A stretch of DNA of 64,000 bases, taken from the NCBI RefSeq assembly GCF_041661565.1, contig NZ_JBAZUD010000001.1, forward strand, positions 11,321 to 75,320, written 5' to 3'. The notes beneath the pieces are model-generated. The model did no database searches. It worked only from the letters and a program-made list of their open reading frames with translations, and was not told where the DNA came from. Positions 10,542 to 19,794 of the stretch are shown piece by piece. This DNA is from Mesorhizobium sp. Its GTDB lineage: Bacteria > Pseudomonadota > Alphaproteobacteria > Rhizobiales > Rhizobiaceae. Every line of letters begins with the position of its first letter. Within the stretch, counting starts at the first letter, position 1. A program made the position numbers and the translations under genes.

Positions 10542-12320
10542 GTGACCCTTCTGCAAATCTATTGGAGAGCGCTCGGTTATCTGGCCGAAGACAGGAAACG
10601 CGTCGCGTTGATCTGTTCGGCCAACGTCGCTCTCGCCATCATCGCCATTCTCGAGCCGATCATGTTCGGCCGGGTAATCGATGCGATTTCGGACCGCGGC
10701 TCGGTGTTTAGCACGCTTGCCCTGTGGGCGGGCCTGGGCGCCTTCAACATCGTCGCCTTCGTTCTGGTGGCGCGCGGCGCCGACCGCTTCGCCCACAAGC
10801 GGCGCAGCGAGGTGCTTTGCCAGTCGTTCGAACGCGTCATCACCATGCCGCTTGCCTGGCATCACCAGCGCGGTACATCCAACGCGCTGCATACGCTGCT
10901 GCGCGCGGTCGAGACGCTGTTCAGCCTGTGGCTCGAATTTATGCGTCAGCATCTGTCCACCGCCGTTGCCCTTGTCCTGTTGGTGCCGACCGCCATCAGC
11001 ATGGACCTGCGCATGTCGCTGGTCTTGCTGGCGCTCGGCGCCCTTTATGTCGGCATCGGCCGGCTGGTGATGAAGCGGACAAAAGCCGGTCAGGCGGCCG
11101 TGGAGCGCCACTATCACAAGGTGTTCGCGCATGTGACCGACTCGGTCAGCAACGTCGCTGTTCTGCAAAGCTACAATCGACTGGGCCACGAGGCGGAGAC
11201 GCTGCGCGGTTACGTCAAGAACCTGCTTGACGCGCAGAACCCGGTTCTCGACTGGTGGGCCCTGGCCAATGCGCTGCACCGCCTGTCGTCGACGATCTCG
11301 ATGATGGTCGTGCTGTTGATCGGCGCCTATCTCGTCACGCATGGCCAGCTGCGCATCGGCGATGTCATTGCCTTTACCGGCTTCGCCACGCTGCTCATCG
11401 CCCGCCTCGATCAGATGTCGGCCTTCGCCAACCAGATTTCGGAGGCCCGTGCCAAGCTCGAGGACTTCTACCAGCTCGAGGACTCCGCCGCCGATGCGGC
11501 CGAGCCGGACGGCCTTCGCGACCTCACGAATGTCACGGGCCACGTCCGCTTCGAGAATGTCGGCTTCGAATTCGCAAATTCGGGGCAGGGCGTCAGCGAT
11601 GTGTCCTTCGAGGTTCAGGCTGGCCAGACCGTGGCCATCGTCGGCCCGACCGGCGCCGGCAAGACCACGCTCATCAATCTGTTGCAGCGCGTCTTCTCGC
11701 CGTCCAGTGGCCGTATCCTGATCGACGGTATCGACACGCGTAGCGTGACCCGCAAGTCGCTGCGTCACTCGATCGCCACCGTGTTCCAGGACGCTGGCCT
11801 GCTCAACCGTTCGATCGAGGACAACATCCGCGTTGGCCGCGCCGATGCGAGCAATGACGAAATCCATGCCGCCGCAGACGCGGCAGCGGCGCAGGACTTC
11901 ATCCTCGCCAAGAGCAACGGCTACGACACGGTTGTCGGCGAACGTGGCGGCCAGCTGTCGGGTGGCGAGCGCCAGCGCATCGCCATTGCGCGCGCCGTCC
12001 TGAAGGACGCGCCGATTCTCGTGCTCGACGAGGCGACGAGCGCGCTCGACGTCGAGACCGAGGACCGCGTCAAGGAAGCGATCGACGAACTGCGCCGCGA
12101 CCGCACCACCTTCATCATCGCCCACCGACTGACAACCGTCCGCGACGCCGATCTTGTCGTGTTCATGGACAAGGGCAGGGTGATCGAAATGGGTGGCTTC
12201 GCAGAGCTGTCGCTCCGCAATGGTCGCTTCGCCAGCCTTCTGCGCGCCGGCGGTCTGCTCAACGACGAGGAGGTCCGTCGCCTCAGCCGCACGGTGCAGC
12301 AGCAGGAAGAAGCGGCCTGA
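10542..12320 (+). CDS. ndvA: Cyclic beta-1,2-glucan ABC exporter (permease/ATPase fusion)
   Basis: TM domain plus Walker A GPTGAGKT, LSGGERQR and ILVLDEATSALD; directly downstream of ndvB; GTG at 10542 follows GGAG. Confidence 0.93.
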   Translation: MTLLQIYWRALGYLAEDRKRVALICSANVALAIIAILEPIMFGRVIDAISDRGSVFSTLALWAGLGAFNIVAFVLVARGADRFAHKRRSEVLCQSFERVITMPLAWHHQRGTSNALHTLLRAVETLFSLWLEFMRQHLSTAVALVLLVPTAISMDLRMSLVLLALGALYVGIGRLVMKRTKAGQAAVERHYHKVFAHVTDSVSNVAVLQSYNRLGHEAETLRGYVKNLLDAQNPVLDWWALANALHRLSSTISMMVVLLIGAYLVTHGQLRIGDVIAFTGFATLLIARLDQMSAFANQISEARAKLEDFYQLEDSAADAAEPDGLRDLTNVTGHVRFENVGFEFANSGQGVSDVSFEVQAGQTVAIVGPTGAGKTTLINLLQRVFSPSSGRILIDGIDTRSVTRKSLRHSIATVFQDAGLLNRSIEDNIRVGRADASNDEIHAAADAAAAQDFILAKSNGYDTVVGERGGQLSGGERQRIAIARAVLKDAPILVLDEATSALDVETEDRVKEAIDELRRDRTTFIIAHRLTTVRDADLVVFMDKGRVIEMGGFAELSLRNGRFASLLRAGGLLNDEEVRRLSRTVQQQEEAA

Positions 12321-12329
12321 GAGACCATC

Positions 12330-12356
12330 TTTCCTTCTCCCGCAGGGGAGAAGGAC
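12330..12356. repeat. Short Rhizobiales REP-like palindrome
   Basis: tccttctccc-gcag-gggagaagga; the same arm occurs at 23955, 37710 and 52270. Confidence 0.7.
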
Positions 12357-12411
12357 CTGCGACACCACCGCTGGATTGCTCCGAGCGGACCGGCGGTCTA
12401 TGTACAATCGC

Positions 12412-13176
12412 ATGAGCGACACGACCTCACGCCCCGCTGGCTGGATGGATCTTGCCAACCCGACGCGCTTCGTCGGATTGGCGGACAGGCTGGTGCCGTG
12501 GCTGGCGGCAGCCTCGGTCCTGATCCTTGCCGCCGGGCTCTATATGAGCTTCGCCGCGCCCGAGGATTTCCAACAGGGCATCACCGTCCGCATCATGTAT
12601 ATCCACGTGCCTTTCGCCTGGCTCGCCATGATGTGCTACACGCTGATGGCAGTGTCGGCGCTCGGCACGCTGGTCTGGCGGCATCCGCTGGCCGATGTGG
12701 CGCTGAAATCCGCCGCGCCCATCGGTGCCGTGTTCACCGCGCTGGCGCTGGTGACCGGCTCGATCTGGGGCAAGCCGATGTGGGGCACGTGGTGGGTATG
12801 GGACGCGCGCCTGACCTCGGTCTTCGTGCTGTTCCTGATGTATCTCGGCATCATCGCGCTGACCCGCGCGCTCGACGACGCAAGCCGCGCCGCCTGGGCC
12901 GCCGCCATCATCACGCTCGTCGGCTTCATCAACATTCCGATCATCAAGTTTTCGGTGGAATGGTGGAACACGCTGCACCAGCCGGCCTCGGTGTTCAGGC
13001 TCGGTGGTCCGACCATCGATCCAAGTCTTCTCTGGCCGCTGCTGGTCATGGCCGTCGGCTTCACGGTGCTGTTCTTCACATTGCACCTGATGGCGATGCG
13101 CACGGAAATCCGCCGTCGCCGGGTCATCGCCATGCGCCGTGTTGCTGCACGGCAGGCGGAGCGGCAACCAGCCTAA
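12412..13176 (+). CDS. ccmC: Heme exporter protein C (cytochrome c maturation)
   Basis: Trp-rich WGKPMWGTWWVWDARLT motif, MYIHVP and WWNTLHQ. Confidence 0.95.
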   Translation: MSDTTSRPAGWMDLANPTRFVGLADRLVPWLAAASVLILAAGLYMSFAAPEDFQQGITVRIMYIHVPFAWLAMMCYTLMAVSALGTLVWRHPLADVALKSAAPIGAVFTALALVTGSIWGKPMWGTWWVWDARLTSVFVLFLMYLGIIALTRALDDASRAAWAAAIITLVGFINIPIIKFSVEWWNTLHQPASVFRLGGPTIDPSLLWPLLVMAVGFTVLFFTLHLMAMRTEIRRRRVIAMRRVAARQAERQPA

Positions 13177-13182
13177 TCTAGC

Positions 13183-14241
13183 CTAGGCCATCCGCCCCCG
13201 CGCGGCCACCGGCAGCGTGTCCAGGACCGTTTCGCCGTCGATCAGATTGACCTCGTTGAACAAATTGGTGACGACGCAGCAATGATCGGGCACCACGCGC
13301 ACACGATCGCCGATGCTGAGCTTGCCTTCGTTCGAAAGCGTCACGGTGCCATGCTCCTCGCTGAGGCCCGTCACCCGCGCTCCCGAGACGCCGAGCAGCT
13401 CGCCGAAATCGGGCAAGCCCAGCGTGTCGCTGGACAGCGCCTTGCTGCCGCTATCCAGGATGGCGCGCGTCGGCGTCGGATGGCTGACCACCGTCGACAG
13501 CACCGTCAGCGCGCAATCGTCCAGCGTGCCGACGCCCTTGGCGACCTGGTAGCGGTCGAGATAGATATAGGTGCCGGGCCGGTATTCGGTGACGACCGAA
13601 GCGTCTGCGGAGCGCCACATGTCCGGCGTGCCGCCGCTGGAGACGCGTTCGCAGGCCAGCCCTGACGCAGCCAGCGCGCGTTTGGCATCCGCCAGCCATG
13701 CCTCGGCTTCTTCGGCGCGGCCGGCGGCCGGATAGGTCATCAGCCCGCCAAAGGCGAGGCCGCCGGCCTTGTCGATCCGCCTTGCGAGCGTGACCGCCTC
13801 ATCCGCCGACTGCACGCCGCACCGGCCCATGCCGGTGTCGCATTCGACCAGGACCGGCAGGCGATGGCCCGCATCGGCAAAGGTGGCGGCGAGCCCCTCG
13901 ATCGTCTCCAGGCTGTCAGCGGTGACCGACAGGGTGATACGGCGGTGCAGGGCCAGGAGCCGCTCCAGCTTGGCGCGGCCGATTATGTTGTAGGGCAGAA
14001 AAATGTCCTCAAGGCCGGCATCGGCCATCACCTCGGCCTCACCGATCTTCTGGCAGGTGATGCCGACGGCGCCGGCCGCGACCTGCTTCTTCGCCCAGTA
14101 GGGCAATTTATGGGTCTTGATGTGCGGTCGCAGCTTCAGCCCATTACGGTCGGCATGGGCCTGCGCGCGGGCAATGTTGGCTTCCGCGCGCGCGGCATCG
14201 ATCAGGATCGACGGCGTGTCGAGGTCATGGATGGTCGGCAT
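13183..14241 (-). CDS. Fold-type III PLP enzyme, D-threonine aldolase/D-serine dehydratase (DSD1) family
   Basis: LRPHIKTHK (PLP lysine), GMGRCGV, SGGTP, EYRPGTY, LSEEHG and PDHCC. Confidence 0.9.
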   Translation of the reverse strand: MPTIHDLDTPSILIDAARAEANIARAQAHADRNGLKLRPHIKTHKLPYWAKKQVAAGAVGITCQKIGEAEVMADAGLEDIFLPYNIIGRAKLERLLALHRRITLSVTADSLETIEGLAATFADAGHRLPVLVECDTGMGRCGVQSADEAVTLARRIDKAGGLAFGGLMTYPAAGRAEEAEAWLADAKRALAASGLACERVSSGGTPDMWRSADASVVTEYRPGTYIYLDRYQVAKGVGTLDDCALTVLSTVVSHPTPTRAILDSGSKALSSDTLGLPDFGELLGVSGARVTGLSEEHGTVTLSNEGKLSIGDRVRVVPDHCCVVTNLFNEVNLIDGETVLDTLPVAARGRMA

Positions 14242-14430
14242 CGTCTGTCACCTCTGTAGAAATCCGCAGGGGTTATGACGCTGAAAGCGCCTGATGTCAC
14301 GCCGCCAGCGGGCCGGACCTGTGGTCCATGCCCCCGAACGCAAGAAGCCCCAAAAGGCAAGACGGATCGACACCTCGCCAGCGTTCGGCTATTCGATTTG
14401 CCTGACAAATCGACACCAGGGATCAGCATC

Positions 14431-15117
14431 ATGAAACGCTCCGCCATCAACGACATCATCCGCGAAGCTGACGCCTTCATCCGCTCGTTCGGCTACATCA
14501 TGCCGCCCTTCGCCTATTGGTCGCCCGAGGAGATGAAGGCGCGCCAGGCCGATTCCTCGGCGGTGTTCACCTCGCGTCTGGGCTGGGACATCACCGATTA
14601 CGGCCAGGAGAAGTTCAAGGAGCTCGGCCTGTTCCTGTTCACCGTGCGCAACGGCCGCTACGAAGACATGAAGAAGGGCATGGGCATGCTCTATGCGGAA
14701 AAGATCATGATCTCGCGCAAGGACCAACTGTCGCCGATGCATCGCCACAACATCAAGGCCGAGGACATCATCAACCGCGGCGGCGGCAAGCTGGTGCTGG
14801 AACTGTTCATGCACGATCGCGATGGCGGCATCGACCCGAAGGCCGAGGTCACCGTGCCTGTCGACGGAACCATCCACAGGCTGCCGGCCGGCGGGCTGCT
14901 GAAGCTCGACCCCGGCCAGAGCGTCACGCTGCTGCCCGGCGTCTGGCATGCCTTCTGGGCCGAGGGCAAGGACGTGCTGATCGGCGAGGTCTCGACCGTC
15001 AATGACGACCTCACCGACAATGTCTTCCGCGAACCGATCGGCCGCTTTTCCAACATCGACGAGGATGTCGCCCCGGTGCACCTGCTGGTGTCCGACTACG
15101 AGAAGTGGCTGGGGTAG
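14431..15117 (+). CDS. D-lyxose/D-mannose ketol-isomerase family (cupin)
   Basis: MKRSAIN, LGWDITDYG, YAEKIMI, PMHRH..KAEDIINRGGG and GEVSTVNDD. Confidence 0.88.
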   Translation: MKRSAINDIIREADAFIRSFGYIMPPFAYWSPEEMKARQADSSAVFTSRLGWDITDYGQEKFKELGLFLFTVRNGRYEDMKKGMGMLYAEKIMISRKDQLSPMHRHNIKAEDIINRGGGKLVLELFMHDRDGGIDPKAEVTVPVDGTIHRLPAGGLLKLDPGQSVTLLPGVWHAFWAEGKDVLIGEVSTVNDDLTDNVFREPIGRFSNIDEDVAPVHLLVSDYEKWLG

Positions 15118-15151
15118 GGAACGCACGGGCGAGCCTGCCCGCCGGCAAGCG

Positions 15152-16846
15152 TCAATGACAGCAATCGGACACTGACGACACGCTCGTTCGGCACAGGCAG
15201 GACGAGGTGATCGGCACATCCGCCTTGGCCAGCGCCCCGGCAAGCCTGGCCTGCAGACCCGGCAGCTCGTCGCTCTCGCCGCGCCGCTGCAAACATTCGA
15301 CCAGTCCGTGCAGGGACCAGACATTGTCGGGGTGCTGGGCGCAGCGCTGCACCGTGCCGCTGAGGCCCAGATCGTCGCGATAGACCTGCTCGGCCTCTCG
15401 CGCGTGGCCCTGGTCGAGAAGCAGCGCCGCCAGCGCATGGCGGGGAGGGTGCATCCACGCCCATGGCTCGGTGTAGGAGAGGTTGTCGTCCAGTTCGACA
15501 GCCAGCCGCAGATGGCCATAGGCCTCGTCATGCCGGCCCTGGTGGTACGCAAGCTCGCCGTCGAGCAGGGCGGCGCCAACAGCCAGCGAGGCGCGGGTCG
15601 GGTTGCTGAGGAACCGCCGCTCCGGCGCGATGCTCTCCACATGCCGGTGGAACCGCTCACGTTCACGCTCGGCCTCGGCGAATTGCTTCAGCGTCGCATG
15701 CGCGACGCCCTTGGCGTAGTGCTGCATGGCCGCCGTCAGCACATAGAGGCCGGGCTCTTGGACATCGGCTTCGTCGATGATCTCCCGCCAGCGGCCAAAG
15801 CGCACCAGCACATGCGATCTCATCGCATGGTAGCCTTCCACCGTCTGGGTGAGCTTGGGCCGCTCCGGCAGGCTGACCACCTCGCGCGTCACCAGCCCGC
15901 GCACCTTGTCTGCAGCCCGCAGCGCCGGCCGGTACTGCCCCGACAACATGCAGGTGAACATCATCAGATGCAGGTCGTGGCAGCAACCGAGCAGATAATA
16001 GGTCGGCTCATCCGCATAGGCGAGGTAGAGGTCGTTGGCGCGGTCCGCCTTCTCGCTGGCAAGCCTGGCCTTCTCATACGCGCCGCACAGCACGTAGATA
16101 TGCCCGGGCATATGGTTCATGTGTCCGGCATCGGGGCACATCTGCCCAAGCAGGTCCGCCGAGCTCATGCCGCGTTCCGGCATGGTGGACATTTCCAAGA
16201 GGTGGATGTGCAGGTGAACGATCGCCGGATGCTGGGCGTTGCCGGCCTCTTCGGCGAGCCGGATCGACCGTTCGCAAACCTCCAGCGCCTCGACGACATC
16301 GGAATTCGGCGCCGGCGCACCGGTCTTGAGGTTCCACAGTCGCCGCACGGTACGCATCATCAGCGCCTCGACAAGCAGCGCCATCACGTCATGGTCGTCG
16401 GGGAATTCCTGGTAGACCAGCCGCATCGCGGCGGCATAGGCATCGTCCCACCGCTCGAATTCCTGGGGGCTCACCCGGTGCGGTTTCTGGAAGCGCGCGG
16501 CCAGCGCTTCGATCAGCCGCCTCTCGACCTCACTGGCGGAAGCCGCACTGGCGCGCGCCAGCCGGACATGCTCGAAGCATCGCTTGGTCGCGCGGTCCGC
16601 CTCGGCCTCGCCATGCTCCTTCCAGGTCAGATTGTAGAAAGGCCCGGCGGCATAGGCGATTCCCCAATGCACCATGGCGCAGTCGGGATCGGTTTCCAGC
16701 GCTTTCTCGAAGCACTTGATGCCCTCCTCATGGTTGAAGCCGTAGCACCAGTTCAAGCCGATATCGAACCAGCGCTGGGTCTCGGTGGAGCAGGTGGAGA
16801 TGGGGCGGCGGTAGGCGCCGAGGTTGAAGCGGTCCATGTCTTCCAT
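15152..16846 (-). CDS. TPR-containing protein of unknown function
   Basis: WCYGFNHEE, HLHIHLLEMS, HMNHMPGHIY, YTEPWAWMHPPRHALAALL, HPDNVWSLHGL and C-terminal SSCLCR; start placed at MEDMDRF. Confidence 0.8.
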   Translation of the reverse strand: MEDMDRFNLGAYRRPISTCSTETQRWFDIGLNWCYGFNHEEGIKCFEKALETDPDCAMVHWGIAYAAGPFYNLTWKEHGEAEADRATKRCFEHVRLARASAASASEVERRLIEALAARFQKPHRVSPQEFERWDDAYAAAMRLVYQEFPDDHDVMALLVEALMMRTVRRLWNLKTGAPAPNSDVVEALEVCERSIRLAEEAGNAQHPAIVHLHIHLLEMSTMPERGMSSADLLGQMCPDAGHMNHMPGHIYVLCGAYEKARLASEKADRANDLYLAYADEPTYYLLGCCHDLHLMMFTCMLSGQYRPALRAADKVRGLVTREVVSLPERPKLTQTVEGYHAMRSHVLVRFGRWREIIDEADVQEPGLYVLTAAMQHYAKGVAHATLKQFAEAERERERFHRHVESIAPERRFLSNPTRASLAVGAALLDGELAYHQGRHDEAYGHLRLAVELDDNLSYTEPWAWMHPPRHALAALLLDQGHAREAEQVYRDDLGLSGTVQRCAQHPDNVWSLHGLVECLQRRGESDELPGLQARLAGALAKADVPITSSCLCRTSVSSVSDCCH

Positions 16847-16889
16847 TCGATTCGCGTGGTTGCCCGTCGCCAGCTGAAGCGGCGATATC

Positions 16890-17492
16890 TTACCAGCCAG
16901 CCAGCTCGGGCAAGTCGTCAAGCCAGCTCTTCTCGGTCATCAAGGCATCGCCGGCCTCCGGTGTAGCCTCGCCGGCGCTTTGGATGAGCCAGTCCATCCA
17001 CTTGCGATGGGCGGCGGGCTCCAATTGAGGCGGCAGAACCTTGGCCTTGGCCAGCATCCGCTTGCGGAAACTGGTTTGCCTGCGGAGTTTGGTCGTCGTG
17101 AACTTGATGGCCTTGCCTTGGCATTCAACAATCCACCTGTCGCCTCCAAGACTGACGAGGCGGTCGATGGCGAAACCGGGATCGACCGGCCTGTCCCGCC
17201 AGGGAAGCTCGATGGCATTCTTCCTCAGGTCGAGTGCCCATCGCCGGTAGGTCGTCCCGACAAGCTGGGGCGGCAGCACACCGGCCTGTTCGAGTATCTT
17301 CCTGCGGAAGGTAGGCTGCTTCTTGAGCTGACCAGTCGTGAATTCGACCCGATGCCCCCGAAACTCCACGTGCCACCGGATTCTCCCATTGCCGACATAC
17401 TTCACCAGTCGGTCGATGACGAACTCGTCCTCGGCAAGCGCTACGCAGCCTTGGTTGATGCTTTGGAGGATGAACTCGGTGTCAGTGACCAT
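16890..17492 (-). CDS. Hypothetical protein with two tandem copies of a ~70-aa domain (possibly phage-derived)
   Basis: Internal duplication F.IDRLV...W.VE..G....FTT..L..Q..FR...L..A.VLPPQL....R.W; start uncertain (ATG 17492, frame open to 17627). Confidence 0.7.
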   Translation of the reverse strand: MVTDTEFILQSINQGCVALAEDEFVIDRLVKYVGNGRIRWHVEFRGHRVEFTTGQLKKQPTFRRKILEQAGVLPPQLVGTTYRRWALDLRKNAIELPWRDRPVDPGFAIDRLVSLGGDRWIVECQGKAIKFTTTKLRRQTSFRKRMLAKAKVLPPQLEPAAHRKWMDWLIQSAGEATPEAGDALMTEKSWLDDLPELAGW

Positions 17493-18174
17493 TATGGAAG
17501 CCAGCGCAGGAAAACTGTCGCCGAGCTTAGCCAGTGGAACGCACCCGCGGCCACCATTCTTTTTCGCTCTGGCAATCTCACCTGCTTCAATCAGCCAAAA
17601 GGTGATGCGGGGCGCGATGATGTGCAAGGCGATAGCTTACGCACCGAAGATACCAAGGGTCGGAGTGACCGATGCTATAGAAACCCCAAATGGACCACTA
17701 TCTAGATGACGAACTGGAACGCCCTGGTCGATCGTATCGCCGGGCCGCACGATCCTGAGGAAGAAGGCTGGAACCTTGCGCGATGAAACGATCTTTGCGA
17801 GGCGGGCGTATGGCCGGCGGTAATTCGTGAGGCCGCACAATGATTCAGGACGAAGACCTGAAGCGCGGCGGGCTTCTCTTTGTGTCGCGCGGTCGGCTAC
17901 GTGCCTTTCTCTTTTGACGCATCCTTCGTGAGGAGTAGAACAAGGATGATGCTGGCCAGGTGCGGATCAATGGCGGTTCGGAAAACGAGTTCGATCATGG
18001 ATGGTCCTATCTGCCCGAGGGGGGCGATTGTTGGTGCTCGAGAACCACGCGTTTTCATGATTCCCTGAAGGAATCGTTTTCTGCGAATGGTTGGCGTCAC
18101 CACTCGGTATGTGGATGCTGTGATCTTTGCCTTCGATAGCTGCCGTGCGCCTGTCTATAGGGTCTATCCTCGGC

Positions 18175-18206
18175 AAGCCCGCCGATCACCCGGCGGGCTT
18201 TTCTTT
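18175..18206 (+). terminator. Rho-independent terminator
   Basis: aagcccgccg-atcacc-cggcgggctt followed by ttcttt. Confidence 0.8.
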
Positions 18207-18251
18207 GTGGCCAGCCGCGCCAATGATAAGTGTGGGAGCGAAGGGGAATAG

Positions 18252-18806
18252 ATGACAATCGTTCGACGCGGCTTCGAAGCCCTCCGAAGCAGGCTTACAG
18301 GAATCGGTTTCCTTAGCCTAAGTGCAAGCTGGAATCCGCCAGTTGCACAACGGACAGTGATTTTGCGACTGTTCAATCTCTTGGAGAACCGGCGCGCGCT
18401 CTACGTGCCGTCCAACTTCGAAATTCCCGGTGACGTGGATCGATCAATCATCGAAATCCGCCATGAGCTTACGCAAGTCTTGAACGACCTGCCGGAGAAC
18501 TCGCGGGCCGCGCGGCGCGTCCGACATCTGCGCACCGCCTGCCGGCGCTTTTTGGAAGATGCGCCGCCTGATTACCGAAACATCGCCTATCGCCTTCGCG
18601 ACGCCTTCGACCATGGGTCACCAGCCCGCTGGCACGATCACGGCGAGCGCGCGCTGACGCCCGGATATTTCGTGGCGTTAGGAGAGTTGCGGGCCACATT
18701 TGGATTGCAGCTTTCGGCGCTCGCGGCCGAATTCGAAATAGACGTGGAGGAAGACCTTGCCTCGATCTTCCCCGTTGCGGTCGAGCGCAATAGCCATGAA
18801 CCTTAA
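18252..18806 (+). CDS. DUF6650-like protein
   Basis: SRLTGI...SW.PP...R....LENRRALY.P...E....SI.EIR..LT and LRTACRRFL...LGELRATFG match my recollection of DUF6650; RBS AAGGGG upstream. Confidence 0.65.
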   Translation: MTIVRRGFEALRSRLTGIGFLSLSASWNPPVAQRTVILRLFNLLENRRALYVPSNFEIPGDVDRSIIEIRHELTQVLNDLPENSRAARRVRHLRTACRRFLEDAPPDYRNIAYRLRDAFDHGSPARWHDHGERALTPGYFVALGELRATFGLQLSALAAEFEIDVEEDLASIFPVAVERNSHEP

Positions 18807-19455
18807 AATGGTGCCGGAATACCCCAACAGAATCGCCCGCATTGGTTCGGTCCTTGCATTGCTCGGTTCACTGATCTGGGTTCAATGGCCAATCAATTAT
18901 GCGAGCTTCAACATTGCGGCGGTTATCCTGCTTATTGCGACATTCGTGACATGGGTAAGCACCGAAATCTCCGACTATCGAGAGGGCGAGATATTTAATG
19001 ATAATATTAAGTCGGATGATGTGGATAAGTTAAATTCAATCATAAAGATCATCGATAGGAATCAGTTCTACATTTTGAAGCAAAAATCTATAGAAACTTA
19101 TATGGATGCTGACGATTATAAAGGACTTCAAAGTCTAATATATTATAAGCAGAATGATATATTCCATTTTCATAATGTTAAGATTCAAGCTATATATGAG
19201 AAATTCTCAAACGAAGCGCTCGAATTTTACATGAGTTTTTTCGGCCTATATACATACGATGGGCACGGCAGATCGACGTGGCGTCCATCAGGGGATCGAT
19301 ACGTCAGCGACGAAGTCTACAAAGAGATACAACATGAAATTGCGGTGTTGAATCGCAAGGCGTCGAGTCTCGCGGAGCGATGGGAAGAACTGATCAACCT
19401 GTCGCGGCAGGAATTGAAGGGTGCTTCAAAAGCTATTGAGCGTTACGAACTGTGA
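18796..19455 (+). CDS. AT-rich hypothetical protein with 2 N-terminal TM helices and a helical C-terminal domain
   Basis: Hydrophobic IGSVLALLGSLIWVQW and IAAVILLIATFVTWV; ATG overlaps the upstream gene by 11 bp; 19021-19080 is 18/60 G+C. Confidence 0.75.
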   Translation: MNLKMVPEYPNRIARIGSVLALLGSLIWVQWPINYASFNIAAVILLIATFVTWVSTEISDYREGEIFNDNIKSDDVDKLNSIIKIIDRNQFYILKQKSIETYMDADDYKGLQSLIYYKQNDIFHFHNVKIQAIYEKFSNEALEFYMSFFGLYTYDGHGRSTWRPSGDRYVSDEVYKEIQHEIAVLNRKASSLAERWEELINLSRQELKGASKAIERYEL

Positions 19456-19476
19456 ATCGCCCATGGGAGATAGAAT

Positions 19477-19794
19477 ATGGGTGCAATCATTGCCCTTGTG
19501 CTTACGGGCTGCGCTGCTGTCGGTGTCTATAAGTTTTTCACTAAACGGGATTTCAGGCAAAGTCTCGTTGACGAGTTCGCTAGATCGCCCATTGAGACAG
19601 CCTTCGTCTTTTCGTGGTGCGGGTGCGGGCTATTGTTCTTTTGGGGGGTCTTTGTCCCTGCACTCGGGACCATCAAAATTCCGATATCGGGCAAGACGTA
19701 TGAACTTTGGGCAGTGGCCGGCATCGCTTTCCTTGTCGGTTTCGCGATCATAGGAGCCTATGAGTGGCTGAAGACGCCTCGTCATCCGAGATGA
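19477..19794 (+). CDS. Small membrane protein (about 3 TM segments)
   Basis: 105 aa with three hydrophobic stretches; RBS GGGAGA before the ATG. Confidence 0.65.
   Translation: MGAIIALVLTGCAAVGVYKFFTKRDFRQSLVDEFARSPIETAFVFSWCGCGLLFFWGVFVPALGTIKIPISGKTYELWAVAGIAFLVGFAIIGAYEWLKTPRHPR

Noticed and set aside
15106-15114. 9-bp match TGGCTGGGG to the tRNA-Gln 3' end as a possible second att site
   Set aside because: Too short, and it simply encodes the last codons (W-L-G) of the isomerase; could easily be chance.
16980-17705. 241-aa plus-strand ORF in the islet
   Set aside because: Antisense to the ORF with a clear internal protein duplication; no motifs of its own.
17630-19455. Retron or type III toxin-antitoxin system
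   Set aside because: No reverse transcriptase and no tandem RNA repeat array is visible.
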